A stretch of 64,000 nucleotides of DNA from Bugula neritina (GCA_964035545.1 OZ037767.1:11480581-11544580); one strand, 5' to 3'; positions 13,601 through 25,468 are shown, counted from the stretch's first letter. The notes: generated by a model not told the origin, from the letters alone. Program-made: numbers and translations.

Positions 13601-15064
13601 CACAGTCGTCTGTCAGCGTACAGTACTCTGTCAGTGTGACGTCCTCTGTCAGCATACAGTATTCTGTCAGCGTACAGTTTTCTGTCAGCGTACAGTCTTC
13701 TGTCAGCGTACAGTATTCTGTCAGTGTACAGTACTCTGTCAGTGTGACGTCCTCTGTCAGCGTACAGTATTCTGTCAGCGTACATTTTTCTGTCAGCGTA
13801 CAGTACTCTGTCAGTGTGACGTCCTCTGTCAGCGTACAGTACTCTGTCAGCGTACAGTACTCTGTCAGCGTACAGTACTCTGTCAGCGTACAGTATTCTG
13901 TCAGCGTACAGTATTCTGTCAGTGTATACTCAGAGTGTGTATACAGCATTGCACATGATCAGCTAATCTCCAACTGAACAGCTTCTGCTTGACTTAGTAT
14001 AGAGTGGCACCTGGCTGTGTCTCCTTGTTTATTCTAATAGTTGTACCGAGTTTAAGTTGAAATGCACTATTAAGCTGTTGGAAGAACTTTTTTGTTTTTT
14101 TTTCTAAACCTTTCCACGTTTCAGTTTTGAAGCAAGTATTGTTTGATGTATTGCCTTATAATCTAATTGCCATTTACCTGTATCATGTGTTATGGAGGCC
14201 ATATATTTATTCTCATTTCCTTTTGTGATTTCAAGTGGGAAATCCGACCTCCCATGCCCTCACTCTGCTTCAGAACTCTATGTAAGCAGATGAAAAAGTA
14301 TCATGAAGCTATTTGTGATGTAATAGAACCAACACAGTTGCAGGTATATTACAACACTCTGGAAAATACTTGATATGCAATATGCTTTTGTTTCGACTCG
14401 TCAAAAATCTTTTTATGCATAATTTTAAAATTTTGCAGAAATTTCATTCAATGTTGAATTTAGAATTTGATTAAAACAGTATTAGAAAATTGGTGCTCCT
14501 TTTGGGTTGTGTTCTCTCTTCCACATGCATCTATACCAGTGTCTCCTTCTCTACTGTAGCAACTGTTCAGAGATGTCAATGCTATGCTAAAATCTAAGCT
14601 AAAAGATCGACTTATGGCTCTTGGTATAACAATTCTTACTGGACCTCAGCAAGGGTGGGTAAATTTCCCGCAAGTAAATTGACTAAGTTGTGCGAATGCA
14701 CCAAGTCTAGTACTGTAGTACATCCATATAGCATGCCATTTCATAAGTTTTACACTCACCTATTGCCTATGTTGGATACAAACATAAATCTTCAGCTAGT
14801 GTAGAGTTTTGAAATATTTTGTGAACTGTTAAACGACATCTTGACACTAGAATCAATTGAGTTCTGTACTACTTGGCCTCACTGTGATCATCTGTTGATG
14901 CATAATACAGAAATATGTTATAACATATAACTTATTTACTTCACAGACTCATCATGTCGGATATAGCTTATTTCACCGAAAATGTGTCTACGTTACAGTC
15001 TGGACAAACCAAGTCTGCCATTACTCTGTCCCTTACACTCAATGACATCATTATATCAAGGTGA
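1677..15064 (+). CDS. VPS54: Vacuolar protein sorting-associated protein 54 (GARP complex subunit), complete multi-exon CDS
   Basis: Phase-consistent GT-AG exons, approx.: 1677-2229, 2971-3026, 3495-3662, 4379-4469, 4906-5054, 5298-5447, 6445-6537, 6921-7063, 7179-7306, 7957-8064, 8248-8397, 8687-8793, 9543-9681, 10250-10437, 10916-11095, 11359-11464, 11731-11818, 13375-13577, 14236-14343, 14561-14656, 14947-15064 (TGA). Diagnostic motifs: WTVYNAKVNLAALLNDPR..DFFTKTWG, QEKLSHYLDIIEVQIA, TLHQTQPTVQQLLSSSDYVGALD, FHEERKNKL.LLLDNERW, LFNSRSAQLVLGAGALQLVGLKTISAKNL, GPQQGLIMSDI. Confidence 0.95.
3205..3478. repeat. (TAGTA)n-type microsatellite directly upstream of VPS54 exon 3 acceptor
   Basis: Degenerate TAGTA/TAG runs ending ~15 nt before the acceptor at 3494. 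Confidence 0.9.
3674..3825. repeat. ~19-bp minisatellite (ATACGTCTGCACCTT..) just after VPS54 exon 3 donor
   Basis: About 8 tandem copies visible. Confidence 0.9.
5684..6035. repeat. ~23-bp minisatellite (CTATAGCCTAGCTAGTCATACA-like)
   Basis: Many tandem copies in a VPS54 intron. Confidence 0.9.
6546..6805. repeat. CTCTATACTCACCA-type minisatellite directly after VPS54 exon 7 donor
   Basis: Tandem 7/14-bp units; source of spurious ORF 6542..6766. Confidence 0.9.
7366..7564 (-). mobile_element. tRNA-derived SINE copy 1
   Basis: ~200 bp, colinear with copies at 8833, 13124, 19922 and 25540 (shared CTATCCCTGTGAG..CCC.GATGGAAAG, GGAGCAAT.ATGACTG, TTCCTAACATCAC). Confidence 0.8.
8411..8700 (+). 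repeat. 29-bp minisatellite made of ten copies of a VPS54 splice acceptor junction
   Basis: TGTAG ends at 8425, 8454, 8483, 8512, 8541, 8570, 8599, 8628, 8657 and 8686. Unit TACTATCTTGTAG|TCACTAACTRATATAT. Confidence 0.92.
8833..9044 (-). mobile_element. tRNA-derived SINE copy 2 (best preserved)
   Basis: Minus strand reads AGCAGCCGTGGTTTAGGGGGTTAGAGCA (box A-like)...GAGTTCGAACCC (box B), then a non-tRNA body GCCATTGGTGATGTTAGGAAGAG... Confidence 0.85.
11901..12473. mobile_element. ~570-bp palindromic (foldback) MITE, Kolobok/T2-like termini
   Basis: Left arm AGAATCCCTGACACACTTCACTTAT... pairs with right arm ...ATAAGTGAAGTGTGTCAGAGATTCT over nearly the whole length, centre ~12177. Flanked by TTGA (left) and TTAA (right). 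Confidence 0.85.
13124..13326 (-). mobile_element. tRNA-derived SINE copy 3 (diverged)
   Basis: Same colinear blocks (CCCTGATGGAAGGGG, GGAGTAATTATGACTG, TAACATCAC, GGGATTCAAAC, TAGACCACAGCT). Confidence 0.75.
13588..13925. repeat. 18-bp minisatellite (CTGTCAGCGTACAGTAYT) immediately after a VPS54 donor
   Basis: Tandem 18-mers begin ~10 nt after the GT at 13578; generates spurious periodic ORFs. Confidence 0.92.
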
Positions 15065-15885
15065 TCTGGGCCTTGCTGAATGGCAGTCACCTTAGTCTAT
15101 TTTACCTTCTATTAAATCATCTCTCTTACACTTCCATAAACATTTTAATCAAAGATTCTAGTGAAGCTAGTAGTTTAAACTATTATTTCTATCTCTGACA
15201 TATATTATAACTATACTGTAGTGTCACAATTATTTTCATACAGCCATTTTATTGTTTTGAGATAGGATATATGATATAGTAAACAGCTCACATTTTGTAT
15301 TAGTGTACATAGCTATTTATTACCTAGAATGCAGTATTTTGAGAAACTTTATCAAGTTGATACAGCTAGTCATAATTTCTTTCATTTCATTTAATAGACT
15401 AGAAAAGACTGTGTTGTATTTCAATGTGTATTTACTTTATATTGTACAGAAAGTATATTCTAATATATTATTTACATGTATTACATTAATAGCTTAAACT
15501 ACATGTGGTGCTGTACAATTTATGGTACATAACTTACTTGATACAATATACCAAGTAACCCAACAAAACACTGTACTCGCATAAAGGCCTGGTCTATGTT
15601 GTTTGTAATACTAATACAGCTACTCCAACTACATGATTTATAGATTGGGAAAATATTCTTGTGGAACAAAATATTTTTAAATTCAGCAAATAAAATTCCA
15701 ATTATAAATTATATTTACAAAAATTAGAGCTTTGATCTCTAGTAACACTGTCTCAACCTTCCAGTTCTCCTATAGCACCCAGTATAAGTAAACCAGATAG
15801 AAACAAGAACAATTCCAATATAGAATAAATATATCACAGCACGTTACGTCATCTTCAGAAAACTGAATCAGGAACGTGCTAACAT

Positions 15886-18800
15886 CTAGGTGCCGGGCCG
15901 AGCTTTACTGGAGGCGGAAGAATTCCGTCCTTTTTGAGTTGAAGGTGAGCGACTAGGAGATGACCTCTCTTTGGTGAGAGGGGGCGGGGTTAGCGGCATA
16001 AGACTGTCAAGGTCATCATCGTCGGACTAAAATAGCATGGACCAACATGTTACAGTGAGTCAGTAGCCTGAATTATACAGTACAATTATATAGCAAACCT
16101 CAGCCACTCATGTTAGACCACAAGAAGTGACATTCTTGTTTATTGAGCACCATTTCTTAAGTTTGGACTAGATCGACAATCACATCTGCTACATTTGTAT
16201 ATCAGTACAGCTATGGTGGGGATTAGCTTTGGGATGACACCTTACCTGTCTAGTGTAATGACTGGTTAGTATACCAAGTGCTGGCTGCCATAGTCCAGCA
16301 GTAAATTACAGCTAAAGTTAGATGAAAGACGCATGTACAGACAGAGCCAACATTAAACTCACCAGGTCAATTGGCTTCAAGTCCTTGGACTTCTGCGTCG
16401 TCTCAAACTCTGTAAGAGCACCCTCCAAGTTATATTTCTTCTTCTGGGCAGAGAAGAAGCCCTTCACTTGATTGGCATTCTTGCTGCCAATAAGCTGAGC
16501 AATGGTCTGGAAGTCCTTGCCAAAGTGGCGGATCCCTACAATAGAGGTGTCAGGCAACTGTCAATTGATAGTTTAAAATGACTTTCTACAGCCACAGAGT
16601 TAGGAAATACATGTTGGTCATGACTGCAACAGGAGTTGTGTACAAGCAAAGCAATCGCTGAGCTTACCAGTTCAATGAACTGACCATATATAGTATCACA
16701 ATAGCAATAGTTAGTCATTAGTTAGTCAATTACAGAGAGTACTACAGTGTTATCTGATATAGGAGATATTACAGCCTATGCTGTTAGATAGTCTCGTCGT
16801 ATACTCATCACATACTACATTGTTATATCCCCCAACCTTGAATCACCATGACAATCTCATCCTGAGTCCACCTGTTAGTTTGTTTCACAGACTGACTCTC
16901 GGCTGGTTTGTACTCATCAATGCTCTCCAATACGGCCCCTTTCAGTAGGTTTACATGCTGCTTGTTGGTCTGAACCTGTGTTACATAACCGCATATAAGC
17001 CCATATCTCAAGGGCAACAAAAATAACAAAACACATGCATTCACAAATGCAACTTATGACAGAAATTAAAACTGTTTCCGATTGAGCTAGCTTTTTTTTA
17101 TTTTGAATAAACTCACTGAAAACTTATTTAACATCAGAATTTGTATTTCTAAACTAAACCTTGTATAGTTTTGGAGTTGCCCACACAATTACAAACTCAC
17201 CTGACTCTTGAGAAGGGCCAGCTCGCAGTGAATTGAGTTGAACATGGACTGCTTCTGTTCATCGTTGCTAGCAGCCATAAGAGTAAGGTCGTGCTGATCC
17301 ATGTATATTCCTATATTCAGAGAGAAGACAATATTGAATACAATTCAACACTCAACCTTTTCAGAGGTCCCTGATATCCCCTTTACAATAAAGAGTTGTG
17401 TTCTCCCAGAGTGAATAGGTTGAACCTTTGTATAAAGAGCAAGCTTATTAAAAATTTGAAGTTTGGCTGCTATTTAAAATTCCAATTATGCTATAGAATT
17501 GTCATTTTAGGAAATACATATTTTGGTATAAGCACACATATTAACAGTTCAAAAATATTTTTTCATGAATATTTTGACAGAAATAAACTTAAAAGCATTT
17601 CTGTGGTTTTGGTTACTGAGCAATGCTGAAGTGACATTTCAGCGTTGCTCAGCAACCAAAACCACAGAAATGAGTTCAAGTCTGTTTTAGTCAACAAATT
17701 TCATTCTGCAAGACCACAACTCTTAATTACAAGGGGGGGGCATTGGGGACCCCTGAAAAGGGTCTATTAAAATCCAGCTCATAGAAAGCATCTGTGAAAA
17801 TAACTCATAGTTCAGTAGGTGGGGATTTAGTTTAAAGTTTAACTAAAAACTGAGTCAGTCTCCATTAAGTATTAAGTGTCTAACAAGAGCTAACCTACAG
17901 TCAATCAGATCGACGAATGAGAGCTCACCTTTGGGAGGACGCTTCCTATTCTTTGTTGGATTAAATCTCTGAGGCATTAAAGAGGAATCCTTAGCTTTGG
18001 AAAGATTTCTTTTAAAGAGCTCAAATGGACGAGAAATGCCAGTTCTTCTGATATACTGAAACAAGTGAAAAAATACAAAAAATATTTCTTCTAAAAGTGA
18101 ATCTGAATGACATTTATTTACTTCAACATTATATTAAATGATTTCCTTTAAATCAGGCAATGAGTATTCTTAGCTAGCTATTCATCTAGAACATTCTGCT
18201 ACAGTGATTACAAGAGAGCTGTGGAGGTCAACTATTACTGCTGAAGCAAAACAAACTCACAGCCATGCAGGTCTGACAGAGTCGACCGAATTGCGAATGT
18301 TCCGTGACTGTTGAGGAGGTGGAGCAGCAGTTCTCACACTTGGGTCCAGCTCCACCCACTTCCGACTTGCTGGAGGAGTCACTGGAAGCAGAAAGTGAAG
18401 TGAAAGATAAGTCTACAGTACAGTACCCTACAGTACAGTACCCTGCAGTACAGTAGCACAGTACAGTACACTACCCTACCCTACAGTACTACAGTACAGT
18501 ACTACAGTACAGTACAGTACTACAGTACAGTAAAGCACTACCTCGAAAATATCAGCTGGTAGAAATATGTTGAAACAAGATGGATGTAGCTAGATCACGC
18601 TCAGTAATTCTCAAACTTGAGGTAATTTATAATTATTTACACAAAGTATGAAAAACTGCCTTACGACAGAAACCTTGTGTATGGGTTCAGTCACATATGA
18701 ATAGGAAAGCAGCAACTATTCTGATATAATAATATATATCAATACACTGTTTCTAGCTTTGAGATACATGAAACTGAGGATATTATTTTCCAGTTTATTC

Positions 18801-21800
18801 ATGAACGGAATGCAAAACATTTAAAAAATGTGTTCTAGTATGGCACCACACTACACTGTACACTACACACAGTACACTATACACAGTACACTATACACAG
18901 TATACTATACACAGTACACTATACACAGTACACTTCACACAGTATACTATACACAGTACACTACACACAGTACACTATATACAGTACACTACACACAGTA
19001 CGCTACACCACAACTTAGCACACCACAGTACAGCTTACCTCCTAATACATTTTCAATGGCACTGATATACCTGCAGAGGTTTTCTTTATTTTTCTGGCAT
19101 TGGTGAAATATAATTAGATAGAAAACTAGAACATAGAGTAAAGGAATAAGAATCCCATACCTATCTGAATCTTCACTGATGTCAGTCAACAGGTCTGACA
19201 AAGGTGCTTGCTTAGCCTGACGATCCATGAGACTAGCTTTACCTCTGCCCCTCTTCCACCTGTAGTAGTACTTGACTATGTCAGCCATGGACTTGTCTGG
19301 TAGCTGCAAGCAATAACAGTTGGAGAATGTAAGGAGATGATCTTATTTCACACAAGTTAATTTTATTAGCTCTTTTCAGCTCCAGCAAGCCTCTCAGCTG
19401 AAAGACTGATATAAAGATTTAAATGCCAAAGTTCTAGCATACATCCTTGACAGTTACAGTGTTACACTAAACACAATGCTATGCTAAATCCTCTGTAGCA
19501 TATAACTAGTCAAAAATTAATGTAATGATGTAACAAGAAAATGATAGTCTGCTAAAAATGATTACAAAATAGATATAGCTTCAAAGCTGAGATGAGTTAC
19601 TAGAGATGGACTTAGATAGAATTTTAGCATCATAATATTCCTCGGGTAGAAAGTCTACCCTGTACACATGACGTTAATGACACCCTTCTGGCCTTCTCAC
19701 CTCACAATCATGTTGGTTAAAATTATAGTATCTCACACTTGTTGAAAGATAAAACAAATGTTAAATGAATGGTGTAGACATTTTTTATTGGCTGCAGTTT
19801 AATGTAGCTGGCTAATCATTACAACTACCCAACAAATTTGATTTTCTAGGGACCACACTGCTTTATCTAAAGAGTAAATACAACCAAGTGTATTATTAAT
19901 TAGATATATGATGATATACTGGAGCAGCAGTGATGTAGGGGTTAGAGCATGGTTTAGTAAACACAGAGCAAGGGCTAGAATCCCAGTGAAAGCCATTGGT
20001 GATGTTGGAAAGGGCATCGAGTCATATTAGGTACATTATGATATACTGCATATTATATTGATACACTAGGTACTATATGCACTGCTAACCATCTCTCCTA
20101 TTCTATAGAAACTCTTTCCATGAAAGGCATAGGCCTGATCAAATAGAACTTTATCCTCACTAGACCAGTCATCTGGGAAAGGAATAAAGTTGGCCAGCTG
20201 TGAGGTAGCTTTATCAGCATCATGCTTGTGCCAGAGCAGCATTCCAAGTGCCTGCTCTTCGCTGTACTTGAATTTCTCCTTAGCCAGCTTGCAAAACTGA
20301 TTCACTAAAAAAATAGTTGAATAGGCAAATCAGTAAAAGACGTAGTTGTAATATTGCAACTAGTTAGTTGAGATAAAAAAGAATCCAAAGCCAAACCTTG
20401 TTCTGTAGAAACTTTCTGGGTACAGGGCTGCCAGACTAACAGGGCTTCGTGTTTTGAGCTGTACTTATCTAAAAGTCCAATATTACTTTTTACCAATATA
20501 TAAAAATAAAACGAGAAGCCGGAAAATGTAAATTACTTTTTATGGCATACATTGTGAATGTTGTCACTTTAGTAAAAAAAAGGTTTTCATGTGTCATATA
20601 AGGGGCAAATAGGAGTGGACAAAATATATCATTACCAGTGAAAGCTATTTTGAAAATTCCACAAAAAAGCAACAAACCTGGGGCACATTCAGGAGGATCA
20701 ACTTGAAATGATTTTCCAACTCTTGTCATTGCCTCTGAAAATAAAAAAAGTTGCAGCATGTATTCAGATAGGAATTTCGTCAAGTTTAGTCATTAAAATT
20801 GTTTTAGCTTCTATGTTAAACCTATAAATTGCTTAATTAAAATGATGGTTCCACATTATTTCATGGCATTAAATGTGTACATATTGCAGCAGTTCTACTT
20901 AAACAACAAAGTGGCAGTGAAAGTATGTACTTTAAATATATTTCTAGACAAAAATGATGTATATTAGTATACTGCAAAATTGCACATGAAACAAGTCTAA
21001 CAGTAGGAGAATTTCACTGTAGTGACTTCCAGTAAAATGTCTGTGTAGTGAAATTGCATCAAAGCTATTTCTTTAGCTTTCTGCAGACAAGCCTTCCCTA
21101 AAGAACAGTTGTGCTTGCTTTTCAGTAAAGCCACTAAATGAGCAGTGTAGGCCTACTAGCTAACTGGTTCGCTGTATTTAAACAAGTAGTTTCATCCCAA
21201 ATAGACGCTTTGCTAAATTTCCCACTTGGACGCTATTTTTTATTTTAGTACTATATTTACTATATAGTAATATACTTATTTATACCTATATAGATGTTGT
21301 ATTGATTGTTAAATAGCTAATATGCTAATAGCTATAACAGCTAATATGAATTATTTAGAATAATACTTCAATTTTCAGGATTTTTGTGGGGCAAAAACAC
21401 AGTAATACAATAATAATAAACATTATCTTTAATGAATAATTATTAACGAAATATTTTTTCAAACAACAAGTAGTATAAAAAATGCAAAATTAATAAATCA
21501 TTGTAGAACAAAGGAATTTATTTATGGGCTAAATAACAAGCAATTGATCCAAGTTTATTTAAATATACATATATTTCAATATTCAAATAAATTGCACATA
21601 AAATATATATTATTGTACCAAAATAAATAGCGTCTAACTGGGAAGCCTCTATCTGGGATGACACCAAACAAGTAAGTATCCCAATATACATCAGTCTTAC
21701 TTTTGTTAGCGTTTGCTGCTTTTAACTATATTGGGGTTTTCTTAAAAATAGGTAAACAAGAAAATTTTTATTTTTATTCTTTTATTAATCAAAGTATTTC

Positions 21801-23256
21801 AGACACCACGTGTCCATCTTCAGACTAGTACAATGAATTGTGTTTTTGCCTTTAAAAAATTTTTGTTTTATATTTTGTAAAGCATCAGTAGATGTTTGCT
21901 ACTTGTTTTATTATTATTTTAATATTTATGGTGTCCAAGGTGTCAACTAGTAGTAAACCAAGTGTGATAATTATACATCATTGGAGATTCAAGCTAAACC
22001 CAGACCTGGTTCATTATAATCTCATTGACTATCAATCAAATAGCATTAACCAGGTGTCTGTAAACCAATTAAGTGGGTAAGAGCCATGAAGTCCATGTGC
22101 TACAGCTAACACTGTCAAAACATGATATCCTATCAAATGATAGTGCCTCCCCCAACTACCCAAACCCGTAGATGCTTCCAATCCGAGGTGTTGCTGGAAT
22201 GCAATATACCATTCAACCGTTTCCAACCTGCGCATAATTCGAAGAAAATTTTTTGCCTACTTTTTACGACAACATTTTACATAAGTAAAATTTGGTCGTA
22301 AAAAGTAAACCGTGGTGGATTCTGGTTCAATAAACTTCAGAGACTATGGGACTTAAAGACTACACCACAACTCATCAATAAAACTTCAACAATGTTTCAA
22401 ATATTTAAGGGTTGCAGTGATTCAGAATCAATGGTGATTTAACAAAAGCTGTTATGGCCAAGAGGAATAAAATTCATAACATGTTACAGAATTTGCACAC
22501 TTAGAGCTACAACCAAACCCAAGTGGTGAAAAAAGCAAACTTATCTATACAAGATGAGAGAATGAAAATAGCAAATACCTGGGTGCAAGTTGTGATGAAA
22601 ACCGACAAAAGGAAAACCATTGCATATAAATATGCATTGAAAATATAGGTGCATACACTTTTTAAAGCAGTGTAAAGTCAAAAAGAATGGCTAGCCTCTC
22701 ATTTGAAACATATTAGTTAATCAAGTTACTGATTGAAAAGGGTTTATTCCTTAAATACTAATCAATAAATGACCATGAAATTAGATACAACACAGATTCC
22801 TGTAGCTGGCTTGAAGACATCGTATGTAATAATCCTAAAGAATCATACAACATTTAACTATATTTAGCAATTGCTAATAATCAAAAATATAATAATAATT
22901 ATATTAGCAATAATCAATAGTGAGTTAACAATCATTACCCTAGTATTACTATTAGTATAAGGTTCACAACACTATTTTACATTTTCAATAAACTTCAAAT
23001 GATTTAGCCATATTGCATTTCCATCATGAAATTCACATTGTCACTGCCATACTGCTTCTCATCATGTAATTCATTAACAATAATAATTACAATAATATAT
23101 CAACTAACCATTTGTGCCATTAGCATTAGGGTTTAATTCTTCAACAGGGCTATCTATATCACTGTTGAATGCATCATCATTGTACATAGGTCTCACTGCT
23201 CCATTGCTCATCCTAGTTCTTGTGCCTTTAGGTTCTTCATTGTTGCTTCCAGGCAT
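15886..23256 (-). CDS. RCOR1: REST corepressor (CoREST; ELM2-SANT1-linker-SANT2), complete multi-exon CDS
   Basis: Exons approx. 23256-23109, 20734-20678, 20491-20398, 20303-20090, 19303-19161, 18381-18261, 18056-17929, 17311-17201, 16976-16837, 16535-16363, 16026-15886 (TAG). Motifs: ELM2 [41 protein letters not shown]; SANT1 [44 protein letters not shown]; linker RKRPPKGIYM; SANT2 [25 protein letters not shown]. Invertebrate co-orthologue of RCOR1/2/3, so the symbol is nominal. Confidence 0.93.
17355..17763. mobile_element. Foldback/TIR non-autonomous DNA element with an insertion in the left arm
   Basis: CCTTTTCAGAGGTCCC...AAGAGTTGTG pairs with CACAACTCTT...GGGGACCCCTGAAAAGGG. Strong central hairpin CATTTCTGTGGTTTTGGTTACTGAGCAATGCTGAA / TTCAGCGTTGCTCAGCAACCAAAACCACAGAAATG at ~17597-17672. 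Confidence 0.75.
18413..18535. repeat. (CAGTA)n-type microsatellite next to RCOR exon acceptor
   Basis: Degenerate TACAG repeats. Confidence 0.85.
18848..19032. repeat. 14-bp minisatellite (CACAGTACACTATA)
   Basis: Tandem copies in RCOR intron; source of spurious ORF 18828..19106. Confidence 0.88.
19922..20030 (+). mobile_element. tRNA-derived SINE copy 4 (5' half, opposite orientation)
   Basis: GAGCAGCAGTGATGTAGGGGTTAGAGCAT...GAATCCCAGTGAAAGCCATTGGTGATGTTGGAAAGGGCATCGAGTCATA matches the reverse complement of copy 2. Confidence 0.75.
21188..21665. mobile_element. ~480-bp MITE with imperfect ~45-bp TIRs and 8-bp target-site duplication
   Basis: Left AGTTTCATCCCAAATAGACGC..TTCCCACTTGGACGCTATTT; right (revcomp) GGTGTCATCCCAGATAGAGGCTTCCCAGTTAGACGCTATTT. 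AAACAAGT flanks both sides (21180-21187, 21666-21673). AT-rich non-coding interior. Confidence 0.8.
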
Positions 23257-23477
23257 ACTGACACTTATTCTTAATCTAAAAGTTAAAGCCTGCATTTATT
23301 ATTTATATGAATGTATAAGTTACTGTTAGACCATAGCTAAATTTAAAAGTATTGCTACATTTTAATTATTGTCATTATATTTATTTATAATGATATTTTG
23401 ACATTGACATTCTGATTCTAACTCTGTAAGTGTAACTCATCTATGATCTAATCAGTAATCACTTATTCCCAAATGAG

Positions 23478-23790
23478 TAATACTAATACTAATAGTAATA
23501 GTAATAGTAGTAATACCAATGAGTAATGTCTTAGTCTAATATTAATACTATTATTATTAAAGTATTAGTATTACATTTAGTAATACTAATACTAATAATA
23601 ACACTAATAAACCTAAACTTAAAATAATAAACTAATACACTTTAAAGTATTACTAATAGTAATAGTAATAGTAATAATAATTAATATTAAATTTAATATA
23701 ATGATTATCATTATGAATATCTAATACTAATACTAATAGTAATACTAATAGTAATAGTAATAGTAATACTAGTAATAGTAATACTAATAT
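23478..23790. repeat. (AATAGT/AATACT)n low-complexity tract upstream of RCOR start
   Basis: Hexamer runs in both orientations. Confidence 0.8.
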
Positions 23791-23949
23791 GCATAAGTGA
23801 GATATTAGTATTACGTTTAAAAGCACTCTGACTATCAGTCATCACTCATCAACAATTAATAGTATGACACAATTCAACAAACTTAAAAATGAAGTGAAAA
23901 ACCCTTGGAGATATAAAAAGAAATTGCCAAATCCTTATTGCTTTAGACT

Positions 23950-24300
23950 GCTGACTAATTTTCAATTGTCAACTAAAGTCGTGCGCATGGTTAAAAATAG
24001 ATAACAATTACCCAATTTAAATATTTTCACAAGTAAAACTTATAATTGCAAAATAAAAAGTGACCAAAACGCATTATTAGCTGGACTACTTTAACTACAC
24101 AAATTCTTAAATATTATTATTCATAATTTCTCAAGTTTCTATGCTTGAAAATTTTTTAGCGGAAGAGCAAAACGTACTACTTTGATTCAGAATTGGTACG
24201 GGCGTGAAATATAATTTCAAGTTGTCTGCTCTTCATTCCAATTTCAAGGTTGCTGTTACAACACCACACCAGTAACATGGAGAATATTAATTGTCTTTTG
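23950..24300. promoter_or_regulatory. Candidate shared promoter region for divergent RCOR and YLPM1
   Basis: Local CpG-containing motifs (GTGCGCATG ~23981, GCGGAAG ~24159, ACGGGCGTG ~24198) in an otherwise very AT-rich interval between head-to-head genes. Inference only. Confidence 0.3.
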
Positions 24301-24430
24301 AATTCTGGTTCTCAACTTTATTTCTTACTCATATAACTTACCCTAGTAGTAATTGTTGACATCATTTCGTTATATTCGGGCTTTATGATAATTATTGGAT
24401 ATAAATAATTATTTGCGAATTTTCATTCAG

Positions 24431-25468
24431 ATGCAAGTAAAGACAGTTTTAAAGAGCATCACCAACAAGTTCACTTTCAGTGTGAGTGTTCTGCTCACTG
24501 TTCTGGACACTATGACTATGACTATGAGTAACACTGTTCACTCACTCAGTTTCACTCTCAGTAATTGACTTTGAGTTAGTTACTAGTTCAGTAGTATTAG
24601 TTGATGTATCAGTAGGAGAATGACGGTATTACTATGAGTATCAGTATGAGTCAGAGTAACAGTCTGACTAAGTCTAATGACTGTCAGTATCAAGGTATCA
24701 GTATGAGATTGAGTACTACTACTACTACTACTAGTATAGTCTAGTACTACAGCACTACTACTAGTAGTACTAGTACTAGTGGCAGTGCAATAGGCAATAG
24801 ACAAATAATTATAAAATTATATGATCATATTGATATTACTAATTAGTAATTACTATTACTTTTACAGTACTAGTTTTACTAAAGTATTACTATTATTAAC
24901 TAATAATTAAAAATAAACATATTTAAAATTTTCATGAGGATTATTTATGTTTATGCAAGTAAAGACAGTTTTAAAGAGCATCACCAACAAATTCACTTTC
25001 AGTGTGAGTGTTCTGCTCACTGTTCTGGACACTATGACTATGAGTAACACTGTTCACTCACTCAGTTTCACTCTCAGTAATTGACTTTGAGTTAGTTACT
25101 AGTTCAGTAGCATTAGTTGATGTATCAGTAGGAGAATGACGGTATTACTATGAGTATCAGTATGAGTCAGAGTAACAGTCTGACTGAGTCTAATGACTGT
25201 CAGTATCAAGGTATCAGTATGAGATTGAGTACTACTACTACTACTACTAGTATAGTCTAGTACTACAGCACTACTACTAGTAGTACTAGTACTAGTGGCA
25301 GTGCAATAGGCAATAGACAAATAATTATAAAATTATATGATCATATTGATATTACTAATTAGTAATTACTATTACTTTTACAGTACTAGTTTTACTAAAG
25401 TATTACTATTATTAACTAATAATTAAAAGTAAACATATTTAAAATTTTCATTAGGATTATTTATGTTT
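24431..25468. repeat. Recent ~520-bp tandem direct duplication
   Basis: Copy 1 24431-24952, copy 2 24953-25468. Near-identical (a few substitutions and one 6-bp ACTATG indel); ORFs 24583..24804 and 25099..25320 are duplicates. Confidence 0.95.

Noticed and set aside
22032-22235. 67-aa ORF in RCOR intron 1
   Set aside because: No recognisable domain or transposase/RT motif, and it is not needed for the RCOR frame.
24583-25320. Two near-identical 73-aa ORFs suggesting a duplicated small gene
   Set aside because: Low-complexity Ser/Thr translation of the simple-sequence tract inside the 520-bp duplication; no ATG start or splice support.
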